Positions 1-8,849 of a DNA stretch of 64,000 nt are shown here, piece by piece (position 1 is the first letter of the stretch; every line of letters begins with the position of its first letter). The translations under genes and the position numbers were made by a program. The DNA lies in the NCBI GenBank assembly GCA_964558905.1, contig CAZLGP010000143.1, positions 47,070 to 111,069 on the forward strand, given 5' to 3'. The notes below the pieces were generated by a model. It ran no database searches. It saw nothing but the letters and a program-made list of their open reading frames with translations, and was not told the origin of the DNA. The DNA is from an uncultured Thermoanaerobaculia bacterium (GTDB taxonomy: Bacteria > Acidobacteriota > Thermoanaerobaculia > Gp7-AA8).

Positions 1-152
1 GACCACCAGGCCGGGCTGGCCTCGCGGATGCCGCGTTCCAATTCGGCACGGATTGCGTGGAACCGCCGCGCGCGTTGCGGTATGGCCGATTCCCATTCCC
101 GCAATCGCCTCACGAGCGTGTCGAGCTGCGGACGTGCTCTCGTCACTCTCAT
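1..152 (-). CDS. Partial hypothetical protein, 5' end of the next gene of the vWA/tubulin operon (MRVTRARPQLDTLVRRLREWESAIPQRARRFHAIRAELERGIREASPAWW...), truncated by the window edge
   Basis: ATG at 152, 7 bp after the stop of the helicase-like gene, with GAGG upstream; frame open to position 1; not in the ORF track because it is truncated. Confidence 0.55.
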   Translation of the reverse strand, partial: MRVTRARPQLDTLVRRLREWESAIPQRARRFHAIRAELERGIREASPAWW

Positions 153-159
153 CGCAACC

Positions 160-3051
160 TCACACGACCTGCCGCAGCAGGCCCAGAGCCGCCGAGCGCA
201 TCGGCGGCAAGTCGATGTTCGCCGCGAGCGCCGCGGGCGAGCGCAGGCAACGCGGGCATCCTTGATCGCTCTGACATGGACAGGCCGCGAGCCAATTGCG
301 GCCCCATTCGAGCAACTGAAGCAGGAACGCGTCTTCTTCACCGATTGCGTCCACGACTCCGATGCCGCCGGGATACAGGTCGACGACGGCGAGTCCGAAG
401 GCGGGGCGGTTCTGGACGAACTCGCCGGTCAGCGGGACGACTTCGAGGGCGTCGTCCTCAACGCCGAGGTGTACGGGCAGGACATCGCGCAACATCTGTG
501 CGAGCGACGCGAGCGCCACGACGTCTTGCTCGTCGGGAAAGCGAAGGATGAGCGCGCGTGTGGCGAAATTGCCGGACACCGCGCGCGCGAGACGATGCGT
601 CTCCGGGACAGGCGCGGCTCCGGTGGTCAGGTTCGGCGTGAGACGCAGCCAGCCCACCACGTCCTCCTGATAGACGAGCGATGCAGCGAGGCGCGTCAAC
701 AGCCGCGCGCTCCTGCCGACGCCGACCGGCGCATCGGAAGACTCGACGCTGTACACACTTGCGCTGCGGATGCGCCAGGTGACGCCGTACACGTCGTCGC
801 GCGTACATGGCACCCAGCCGTCGTGCGCGACACGATCTGCCGCGTTGCTCCAGTCGCTGATGCGGCAGCGCTGTCCGCGATGCATGAAAACGCGGTGGGG
901 ATAGGCCTGAATGGTGAGGCGCTCCGGATCGACGCGCATGCGCACGCCTTGATCGAGCTCATGGCCTGCGGACGGATCGCGGACGTCGATGAGTTTTGCG
1001 CCGACGGTATCGAGCGGGCGCCGTTCGCCGGTCGGCGGGCGCTGACTCTTGTATTCGTGCTCGCGCTGCAGCTCGTCGTTCTCATCGAGGAAGCGGACTT
1101 CACGGCGCGTCAGCCTCCCTTCGTTCGCGATCTCTTCGAGCGTGTGATGAATCACATCCTCGTTCCAGAGGAAGGTCTTGAGCAGGCCGCTTCGCGTGTC
1201 CGGCAACTCGTTGAGCGCGAGCAGCAGGTGTCGTCGAACGACGCCCGGCTGCGCGGCGGCCGACACGAGCCGGCGCGATGTGTCGAAGCCATCGCGTCCC
1301 TCGAGCGTCGACAGCAGATAGCTGGCGTAGGGATTGGCCGGCAACGTGATGCCGATGTGGTGCGGCAACGTCTGGCTCGCGGCGCGTCCGCCGTGGCTGA
1401 CGATGTCGACGAGGGAGAGGACCTCGTTTGGCTCGACGGTCCGGATTCGCGCGGACGCGTCCGCGCAGGCAGGTTCGAGACGTTCCTGCAGCGGCTCGCC
1501 GTCTACCGCGAGCTGGAAGAACGCGGAGGTCTCGGCATCGCTGATGTCGGGAGGCGTTTCGAGATGCGTTCGCCACTGCTCTTCGACGGAGACTTTCGCG
1601 GCGACGAGGGACGGGTGGCGATAGCGCTCGCCGACGTTGCGTCCGTCGCCTTTTGCGAAGTACTCCGCGTGCGATTCGAGCACGTGGAGCCGGACTTCCC
1701 GCGCGAAGCGCGGCTCGATGTGCACGTCATCGTCGACATGCAGCGGATGCGGCAGCAGGCGCCGCACGAACGCGCCGAGCTGCGCTTCTCCGTGCGGCGT
1801 GCTGCGCACGAAGGCCAGCGTCCGCACGTCGTGACGGCCCATGGCTTCGAACAGCCGGTGCAGGCGTCGCGAAATCGCCCAGAGATTTGCGGCGAAGACG
1901 CCCGTGTAGGCTTCGAGATGCCACCACACGATCAGGCCGAAGCGCTCGAGGAGCAGCGGATTCTTGAGCTGCGGCAGGAGACGGTCCGACAACGACTGTG
2001 CATCGGTGACGACGATGAGCGCGTCCATGCCGATCTCGCCGGTCGCTCCGGCAACGGCCACGCGATGTCCGGCCGGCACCCATCGCCGCAACTCCGCAGC
2101 GAGTGCAGAAGCGTCTCCCGACGTGACGATGAGCGTCGCCGCGTGGAATCGCTGGTCGAGCAGTTCCGCCGCAAGCGCAACAACCTCCGTCTGTCCGCAG
2201 TCGTCAGGACCGAAGACGAGGCGGCTGCGCCCGCGATCCTCGTCGGTCGCGTTCAGAAGGCCGTGAAGTGCTTCGATCAGCTCGGGAGCGATCTCCTTTG
2301 CACCGGCGGCGCGCAGCCGGTCGGGCAAATCGCCGGAGACCGCAGCGCGGGCGGGGCGGGCCGGCGAACTGGCGCGCCACGCCGCGAGCTGCCGGAGCTG
2401 CACTCCGCGCGCGCGCAACGCCTCGGGCCACGGCATGACGCCGGGCTGAGAGGGCTTCGGCGTTTCACTCTTTTTGCGTATTGCGGCGACGAATTCCCCC
2501 TCGCTCGAGGCGACACCGATGAGCGACAGCAGGAGCAACGCGACCGTGGTCCATGCCGCCGCTGGATACGCGGATGGACCTCCGCCGAGGTTGGAGAAGG
2601 CGAGCAACAAGATCAAAGCCAGCGGAATCGTCCAGACCAGGACCCACCGCCGCGAGCTACGGAAGCCGATTCCGCCGGCGAGCCAGCGCGCGGCGTCGCG
2701 GTCTGCCGGCTTTTCGCCGACGCCGAACAACAGCAACAGCGCCCACACCCCCAGCGGGAGGAGCAGCGCGGCGCGATACGACTGCGCGAGCGGCCAGCCG
2801 AAGATTCCGGTGAGATCGAAGTGCAGGTGATAGCCGGGCTGCCACATGGCGGGCACGAGAACGAGCGCGCCGGAGATGAGCACCGGCACACCGAGGAAGA
2901 GCACGGCGCGGACGACCACACGCACCCAGAAGTCGCCGCGGTCTCCAGCCGGACGGCGGCGGAGCAGCGCCGTGCGATCCGCGACGATCGCGATGATCGC
3001 GGCGACCAGCACCGTCGCGAGGGGAAGCACGATGGCGTCGAACGTCTTCAT
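160..3051 (-). CDS. Membrane-anchored SF2 (DEAD/DEAH)-helicase-like protein with degenerate ATPase motifs and C-terminal DUF1998-like Zn-binding domain
   Basis: About 5 N-terminal hydrophobic helices. Motif I position reads GPDDCGQT, motif II position reads WWHLEAYTGVFAANL, C-terminus DLYPGGIG...CPCQSDQGCPRC. The ATG at 3051 overlaps the upstream stop (ATGA). Confidence 0.8.
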   Translation of the reverse strand: MKTFDAIVLPLATVLVAAIIAIVADRTALLRRRPAGDRGDFWVRVVVRAVLFLGVPVLISGALVLVPAMWQPGYHLHFDLTGIFGWPLAQSYRAALLLPLGVWALLLLFGVGEKPADRDAARWLAGGIGFRSSRRWVLVWTIPLALILLLAFSNLGGGPSAYPAAAWTTVALLLLSLIGVASSEGEFVAAIRKKSETPKPSQPGVMPWPEALRARGVQLRQLAAWRASSPARPARAAVSGDLPDRLRAAGAKEIAPELIEALHGLLNATDEDRGRSRLVFGPDDCGQTEVVALAAELLDQRFHAATLIVTSGDASALAAELRRWVPAGHRVAVAGATGEIGMDALIVVTDAQSLSDRLLPQLKNPLLLERFGLIVWWHLEAYTGVFAANLWAISRRLHRLFEAMGRHDVRTLAFVRSTPHGEAQLGAFVRRLLPHPLHVDDDVHIEPRFAREVRLHVLESHAEYFAKGDGRNVGERYRHPSLVAAKVSVEEQWRTHLETPPDISDAETSAFFQLAVDGEPLQERLEPACADASARIRTVEPNEVLSLVDIVSHGGRAASQTLPHHIGITLPANPYASYLLSTLEGRDGFDTSRRLVSAAAQPGVVRRHLLLALNELPDTRSGLLKTFLWNEDVIHHTLEEIANEGRLTRREVRFLDENDELQREHEYKSQRPPTGERRPLDTVGAKLIDVRDPSAGHELDQGVRMRVDPERLTIQAYPHRVFMHRGQRCRISDWSNAADRVAHDGWVPCTRDDVYGVTWRIRSASVYSVESSDAPVGVGRSARLLTRLAASLVYQEDVVGWLRLTPNLTTGAAPVPETHRLARAVSGNFATRALILRFPDEQDVVALASLAQMLRDVLPVHLGVEDDALEVVPLTGEFVQNRPAFGLAVVDLYPGGIGVVDAIGEEDAFLLQLLEWGRNWLAACPCQSDQGCPRCLRSPAALAANIDLPPMRSAALGLLRQVV

Positions 3052-5534
3052 TCGAGCTCCAGAAGACACTGCGGGTCCACGCCCGACTGGAAGCGCAGCA
3101 GGTATCCGCGGCCGTTGTCCGCGGCGGTGAGGACGAACTTGTCGCTCATCCGCAACCCGATGAGCTCCGCCTCGATGCCGTCCAGCCGTTTCCAGAGCTT
3201 CGGAAGGAGGCAGTAGCGTTGGTCGGGCGGCAGTCCCTGCTGGGCCTCGAAGCGGAACGCCAAGCTGAAGCCGCTACGTTGATGAAGGAAGCCGAGCAGC
3301 TCGCGCGCGATGCGCTCCTGCTGCGGTCCTTTGCCCGGTTGCGCGAGCTCCTGCTGAAACGGATCCTTGTAGAGGCGGCTCAAGCGCTCGAGGAATGCAA
3401 GCGGCACGAGGAACGAGCGGCTGTAGCGGTCATCCCACTCGCCGAAAGGCGCGGCTTCCGCTTGTGTGGACCGATAGCGTTCCGGCCCAGGCGGATTGCT
3501 GCGGAGCATGGCCTCGAAGTCCTCGCCGCGTTCCATCGAGTAGCGGATCCCGGTGTCGTTGCGATCGAGCCGTCCCTCCTCGGGGCGCAGAGCCTCACCC
3601 GTGAAGCCGTGCAGGCGCAGAAACTCGCGAAGCTGATTGCTGAGCCAGAGCATCTCCCGCAACCGTTCGCGCAGGCGGCCGAGCACGCGTCCGAGCTCGC
3701 GCGACACTTCGCCGCGCACGCTCTGATGGATATTGAAGAGAAGGCGCTCGATCAGCTGGTCGACCGGCGCGCGCAACGCTCCGCCCTCGGCGATCCCGCT
3801 GCGAAGACGATCGACGAATCGTCCGCGATCGTCATCGCTGTAGAAGCGTCTCGCGCGATCGATTCGGCCAGCGATGCCTCGATGAAACGCCAGTGCGCCC
3901 GCCGCCCACGAGCCTGCGAAAAGCACGGCACCGACGACCAATCCGTTGTTGACCCGCTGGAGAGCGGCGTGCGCACGGTTGAGGAGGAAGCGCGTGACAT
4001 CCGGCGGCGGAATGTCGCTGAGGAGCTCGGTGATGAGCGGCGTCAGTCCCGCGGCGAGCACCACGCCGAGAAGCGGCCACCACCAGCGCAGACCTTCGAC
4101 ATCGACGCGCTCATGCTGAAATCGTCCGTACGTCTGATGGAGGTTTTCGATCTCGCGCAGCAGCTCCTCGGCCCGGTTGACAGGCGGCGGTTCGATGCTC
4201 TGCGGCGGAACCAGCCGCTTCAGTAGCGCCTCGAGCTCGGCGATGACCGCGCCGACGCCTACGGGCTCGCGGGAATCCTGCAGATCCGCGTCGATGCCGG
4301 CGCGCACGGCCGTCGGAAGATCAACGAGATGATTGCGCGCGATGTCGGACATGAGCGTGTGCGCGGCCGCAGAGACCCGAGCCTCGACGCGACGAAGGGC
4401 TTTCGCGTAGCGCTCGCGAACGCGCTCGGGCCAGTCCGGCATGTCGATCGGCAGCGCCGTCAGTTCGCGCTCGAGCGCCGTGAAATCTTCTTCGGCCTCA
4501 GCGCGCAGCAGATCGCCGTCAATCAGCTCATCGAGTGCTTCGGGCGCGAACGGCGCCAGCCGCTCGCGGAGACGTTTCGGCTCGCCGTCACTGCGGAGGT
4601 GTCCCGCGCCTGCGAGATATTCGAGCCAGCCGATGCCGAAGCGCGCCGCGGCGAGCGAAGCGAGGAGTCCGGCGCTGCGCTCCACGAGGCGGATGCCGAA
4701 CGTCGCGAGCGCGGAGTCGTGAGCGCCCGCGGGCTGATAGAGCCGTCGCAGGTCGCCGTCGCGCATTCCCTCGAACAGCAGGAATTCGAGAAAGAGACTG
4801 ATCTCGTCGATGCGATGAGACGGCTCCCGAATGCCGTCGTCGGTTCGGCCGTCGACGAGATAGAACCGTCCGAACGCGGGTTTCCCCATGTTCCGGCGCC
4901 GCTGCCAGAAATCGACCGACGAATGCAGCGCCTTGCGGACTGTGCGCGCGTTCTCGGCGCGGTCCCAGTAGTTCTCGAAGTCGAACAGAGCGATGAAGTT
5001 CAACGCCTCGGCGCCCTGGACGGCGCGTCGAAGGTTGGCGTTGTTCGCAAGCATCTCGACTCCGGGCAACAGCACGCGGTCGAGCGTGCCGATGACTTCG
5101 CGGCTCGTCGGCCGGGCGAGGACGATGACGTCGAGTCCGAGCGGCAGAGCGTCGTTGCGGCCTGCGCGTCCCGCGGCGGAGAGTAGAGTCTCCGCCGACT
5201 CGACGAGCGCCTGCGCGAGACCGTCCGCACCGGAGTCGCTGCTCACCTCACGAATCTGGCGATAGAGGTCGCGCATCATCTCCAACGCGCTTCCTTCGCG
5301 CGCATCGATGCGCTCGAGCTCGTCTGCCGTTGCGAGCGGATCGGGCAGCCAGAGGAGCGCGAGGTCCTGGAGATGGCGCTCGCTCGGCCCGCCGCCGCCG
5401 CGAGGCTCTTCCCACCGCAGCACGCCGCGCGGCGCGGTGCTCCCGAGCAGCCGGCGCAGGACGTCGAGACCGAAGGCCCCGAAGCCAACGAGGATCGTCG
5501 CGCGATGCGCGCTGATGTCGTCAGTGGTAGTCAT
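3048..5534 (-). CDS. Degenerate tubulin/FtsZ-like domain protein with helical region and transmembrane hairpin
   Basis: N-terminal TILVGFGAFGLDVL loop but no GGTGSG signature. Hydrophobic pair WWWPLLGVVLAAGLTPLI / GLVVGAVLFAGSWAAGALAF. ATGA overlaps at both ends. Start at 5534 preferred over the ORF-track start 6179. Confidence 0.75.
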   Translation of the reverse strand: MTTTDDISAHRATILVGFGAFGLDVLRRLLGSTAPRGVLRWEEPRGGGGPSERHLQDLALLWLPDPLATADELERIDAREGSALEMMRDLYRQIREVSSDSGADGLAQALVESAETLLSAAGRAGRNDALPLGLDVIVLARPTSREVIGTLDRVLLPGVEMLANNANLRRAVQGAEALNFIALFDFENYWDRAENARTVRKALHSSVDFWQRRRNMGKPAFGRFYLVDGRTDDGIREPSHRIDEISLFLEFLLFEGMRDGDLRRLYQPAGAHDSALATFGIRLVERSAGLLASLAAARFGIGWLEYLAGAGHLRSDGEPKRLRERLAPFAPEALDELIDGDLLRAEAEEDFTALERELTALPIDMPDWPERVRERYAKALRRVEARVSAAAHTLMSDIARNHLVDLPTAVRAGIDADLQDSREPVGVGAVIAELEALLKRLVPPQSIEPPPVNRAEELLREIENLHQTYGRFQHERVDVEGLRWWWPLLGVVLAAGLTPLITELLSDIPPPDVTRFLLNRAHAALQRVNNGLVVGAVLFAGSWAAGALAFHRGIAGRIDRARRFYSDDDRGRFVDRLRSGIAEGGALRAPVDQLIERLLFNIHQSVRGEVSRELGRVLGRLRERLREMLWLSNQLREFLRLHGFTGEALRPEEGRLDRNDTGIRYSMERGEDFEAMLRSNPPGPERYRSTQAEAAPFGEWDDRYSRSFLVPLAFLERLSRLYKDPFQQELAQPGKGPQQERIARELLGFLHQRSGFSLAFRFEAQQGLPPDQRYCLLPKLWKRLDGIEAELIGLRMSDKFVLTAADNGRGYLLRFQSGVDPQCLLELE

Positions 5535-8500
5535 GACACGTCGACGTCGAGGTGGCCGAAGAGGCTGTCCTCGGAGGCCGCGGCTTTCGGCAACCAATCG
5601 ATCTGCCGTCGGATCTCCTCCCGCACCGCCTCCAGGATGGGCCCGTCGAGAGCATCTTCCTGAGTCATGCGGCCATCGCTCTGCCGAAGCTCCATCTCGG
5701 TCAGACGCTTTCCGATGCGACCGAGAAGCTCTTCGCGGCGGGTCAGTTCGTCTTCCGGCGTGACTCCCTCGTGCGCGCCGCGGAGGTCCTTCTCGAGCTG
5801 CACCTGTACGTTCGGCAGCCGATGGTACTCGCCGAGCCGGTACAGAGCGGTCGCTAGGCTGTTGCCGAGGATGACCGGCTTGTCCTGACCGCTGCGCTGC
5901 CACGAGATGCCCTGGCCGGGAGTATGCGTGATGACGCGCGTCCCCAAACCATCCGCGAGCATGCTCAGCGCCCAACCCACGGCGATCTCGGAACGTTTGG
6001 GATTGAGGTTGGGGAGCGACTCCTCCCAATGAAAGTCCGTGTGCAGGTGATACGACCGGTTCTTGTCGGCCGCTGTATGCAGATACGCGTCCTCGATCTC
6101 GCCGACGACCGCGTCGAGGTAGTAGAGCGGAATCGGCAGATCGACGTCGTGCACGATGATGAGCCGCGGGTCGTGCCACGTGGAATCCTTGATCTGCCGT
6201 CCGCCGGTGGATAGCACGTCCTTCAGGCGGTCGACGAATTTTTTCGAGGCTTGCGCGCGGCCTGCTTCACCGACGCCCACGATCAGTTGCCGCGTGTGGT
6301 TCGTCTTCGCGCCGTCGTCGAGCACCTTCGTGTCGGCAGCGCTGACGCGTGCGAGCACGCCGCACATCTGCGCGAGCGCGCGGAACTTCTTCTCGCGGTA
6401 GTCGTCGATCTCCGCTTCGGTGACGGACTGGCCGGGTAGCTTGTCCGACCCGACGACGAGCGTGGCCTCGAGCTCGAGTCCGCGCACGAGATCGAGCCCG
6501 GGCTGCCCGACCTGGCCGAAGATCGTCGGACGCATGCGTGCACGTCCAAGCTCGCGCAGGGCGCGCTGCAGATCGGAAACCGTCTGGTCGATCGACTTCT
6601 CCGCCACGGTACCGTCGGCGCGTACGACCGGTTTGAGCTCCTGCGTGATCGTCGACGCGAGCAGCTGGCGGTCGAACGTCGAGATGTATCGCCCGTCGTC
6701 GAGGAAGAGCGCGCGGTAGACGCGATCCCAGATGCGCTGCCGCGGCTCGTCGAGCGTCTCGAACACCTCGACGCGCAGCGCGAGCGGCGGGACGAGCGCC
6801 GTCTCGCCGCGGCGCAGGCGCTCGGCTTCGCGCTCGAGATCCTGTACCAGCGAGTCCATGCGCGTGGCGAGACGCGCGTACTGGCGCGAGCGGCGCTGCA
6901 GGAATTCGAGCAGGGCGCGCAACTGCCGCAGGCGGATCTCGGCGTCGAACATCGCGCGGGCCGCACTCGCGATCTCGCGGACGACGGCCTGGGCCTCGTC
7001 GCGTGCGGCGAGGAAGTCCTGATCTCCTCGGAACAGGCCGCGTTTCTCGGCCGCGGCTTTGAGGGCTTCGAAGATCTCACGCTCCACGCGTTCTCGCACC
7101 TTCGGATTGCTGACGTCGCGGCTTTTCGCCTTCTCGAGTTGCTGCTGCGCGTCCGGGATCAGCGTGCGCTCGCACCGCTCGAGGAGGCGGACGACGAGAT
7201 AGCGCTCCGCGATCGGATCGAGCTTCAGGTCGCCGATGACCTCGCCTTCCGCTGCCGCGGCTTCGAGGCCGCGGACGTTCTCATCGACGATGAGCCGCGC
7301 TCCACGGATGTCTTCGAGGAGGCGGTTCACGAGCTCGATGTACTGGTTGACGCCTTCGCGGTGGAAGACGAACGCGCGCTCCTTGATGGAGACGCGGTTG
7401 AGCAGGTCACGGCGCGCTTCTTCGAGCTTGCGCTCGATGAGGCGGGACTGCGACTCGGCGTGAACCGGCTCGCCTTTGTCGTTGACGCCGGTCTGTTCAC
7501 CCTCGTCGATCGACTCGACGAGGCGGTACCAGTAGCCGTCGAGCATGTCCTGCGTGGCGTCCTGCCGCGCCATTTCCTGGACCGAAGCGACGAACGATTG
7601 GTTGATGGCGCGCTCGCGCCGGTCGTCGGCCATGTTGAGGAACTTCGGGTCGGAGTAATTGATGGCGAGCTTGGCGAGCGCGCGTGCGCGGTCGTCGGCG
7701 GGATTGTTCGGATCGACGCTGAAGGTGATCTGGCTGCGAATGGCCTGCGCGGCGAAGCGCGTCGAAACGTATTCGAGCAGCTCGTGGCCGGGCAGCACCA
7801 TCGCCGCGGCGCCGAACGCGCCGAAGTTCTTCGTATAACCCTGGCCGACGTTGCGGAGCTCGCCCGGGAAGTGTGTCAGCTCGACGAGGTTCTTCTCGTA
7901 GTTGTCGATCTCACTGGCCATGTTGTCGATGATCGGCGTGAAGATCTGCAGGAACGCCGCATCGGCGACGGCCGCCGCGGCGTCCGGCAGAGCGAGGTGC
8001 GACGGACGATCGAAAATGAACGAGAGGAAGCTCGGCCTCGTGCGCACCTTCTGGACGGCGCGATTGTTCTCGTCGCGGCAATAAACGAAGTCGGTGTACT
8101 TCCGACCGGCCTGCTGAACCTTCGGATATCCAAGCTTCGTGAGGTATTCGATCTCCTTGAGCGCCGCGTACGTGTTCGCGTGGATGTCGGGATGGAGCTC
8201 CGGCCCCACCTTGTCGAGCATCAGCGTCGACAAGAGGAGATTCGAGATGACGCGCGGCTGCAGGTTCTGCTCGCGAAGGATGGCGTCGATCAAGTATGCC
8301 ATCGACAAATAGTTGCCTGAGCCTGTGCCTCCGGCGAGGGTGCAGAAGAGATAGACGTTGTACTTCTCGGCGGCGCGCCAGGTGATCCCGGGCCGCAAGC
8401 TCTCGGCGATGAGCTCCTTGAGCCGCTGCTTGATTTCGAGCGACTGGATGAAGAAGCCGAGCCGTGACTCAACGCGGATCTGTCCCGCGCCGGGTGTTTT

Positions 8501-8824
8501 CCCGGATCGAGGCTCGTATCCGGGGTCGAGCCACTGCAGCGCCTGCGGATCTTTCGAACGCCGGAAGTGCTCGATCGCCTTCGCTTTGTCGAAGACGGAG
8601 AGGTTCAGGCGATTGCCTTGCGGGATGTTGCGCAGCCGGTGCTGATCGAGATCGTTCGTGTCGATCGACACGAAGCTCGTCAGCGGCCGGAGTTGGCTCT
8701 CCCAGTTCGGCAGGACGGCGGCGCGGCCGGCGATCCGGTCGACGATCCGCGAACCCGTCCCGCCGAGGCCGATGAAAAGGGTAGGGGCGATGGATCCCTG
8801 GCCGCTTCGATACTCTTCGCTCAT
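5531..8824 (-). CDS. Tubulin/FtsZ-like GTPase (Tubulin_2/FtsZl1-type) with long helical/coiled-coil C-terminus
   Basis: FIGLGGTG, SIDTN, GAGQIR, TLAGGTGSG and ANTYAALKE motifs; AGGAG ribosome-binding site before ATG 8824. Confidence 0.88.
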   Translation of the reverse strand: MSEEYRSGQGSIAPTLFIGLGGTGSRIVDRIAGRAAVLPNWESQLRPLTSFVSIDTNDLDQHRLRNIPQGNRLNLSVFDKAKAIEHFRRSKDPQALQWLDPGYEPRSGKTPGAGQIRVESRLGFFIQSLEIKQRLKELIAESLRPGITWRAAEKYNVYLFCTLAGGTGSGNYLSMAYLIDAILREQNLQPRVISNLLLSTLMLDKVGPELHPDIHANTYAALKEIEYLTKLGYPKVQQAGRKYTDFVYCRDENNRAVQKVRTRPSFLSFIFDRPSHLALPDAAAAVADAAFLQIFTPIIDNMASEIDNYEKNLVELTHFPGELRNVGQGYTKNFGAFGAAAMVLPGHELLEYVSTRFAAQAIRSQITFSVDPNNPADDRARALAKLAINYSDPKFLNMADDRRERAINQSFVASVQEMARQDATQDMLDGYWYRLVESIDEGEQTGVNDKGEPVHAESQSRLIERKLEEARRDLLNRVSIKERAFVFHREGVNQYIELVNRLLEDIRGARLIVDENVRGLEAAAAEGEVIGDLKLDPIAERYLVVRLLERCERTLIPDAQQQLEKAKSRDVSNPKVRERVEREIFEALKAAAEKRGLFRGDQDFLAARDEAQAVVREIASAARAMFDAEIRLRQLRALLEFLQRRSRQYARLATRMDSLVQDLEREAERLRRGETALVPPLALRVEVFETLDEPRQRIWDRVYRALFLDDGRYISTFDRQLLASTITQELKPVVRADGTVAEKSIDQTVSDLQRALRELGRARMRPTIFGQVGQPGLDLVRGLELEATLVVGSDKLPGQSVTEAEIDDYREKKFRALAQMCGVLARVSAADTKVLDDGAKTNHTRQLIVGVGEAGRAQASKKFVDRLKDVLSTGGRQIKDSTWHDPRLIIVHDVDLPIPLYYLDAVVGEIEDAYLHTAADKNRSYHLHTDFHWEESLPNLNPKRSEIAVGWALSMLADGLGTRVITHTPGQGISWQRSGQDKPVILGNSLATALYRLGEYHRLPNVQVQLEKDLRGAHEGVTPEDELTRREELLGRIGKRLTEMELRQSDGRMTQEDALDGPILEAVREEIRRQIDWLPKAAASEDSLFGHLDVDVS

Positions 8825-8849
8825 TGCGTTCTCCTGCACCGTTCGCGCT

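Noticed and set aside
160-3051. DISARM/Druantia/Dpd defence system based on DUF1998
   Set aside because: No methylase, PLD nuclease or SNF2 partner is present, and the helicase motifs are degenerate and membrane-anchored
28-3216. Long opposite-strand or alternative-frame ORFs (e.g. 28-3216 +, 11537-13732 +, 34219-36270 -, 47142-49262 +)
   Set aside because: They are shadows of well-supported genes on the other strand in a high-GC genome, with no recognisable motifs
3048-6179. ORF-track starts extending far upstream (6179, 14008, 15789, 22253, 41732, 46203, 60688, 62378 and others)
   Set aside because: The extensions overlap neighbouring genes and are low-complexity. Downstream starts have ATGA coupling, SD sequences or signal peptides
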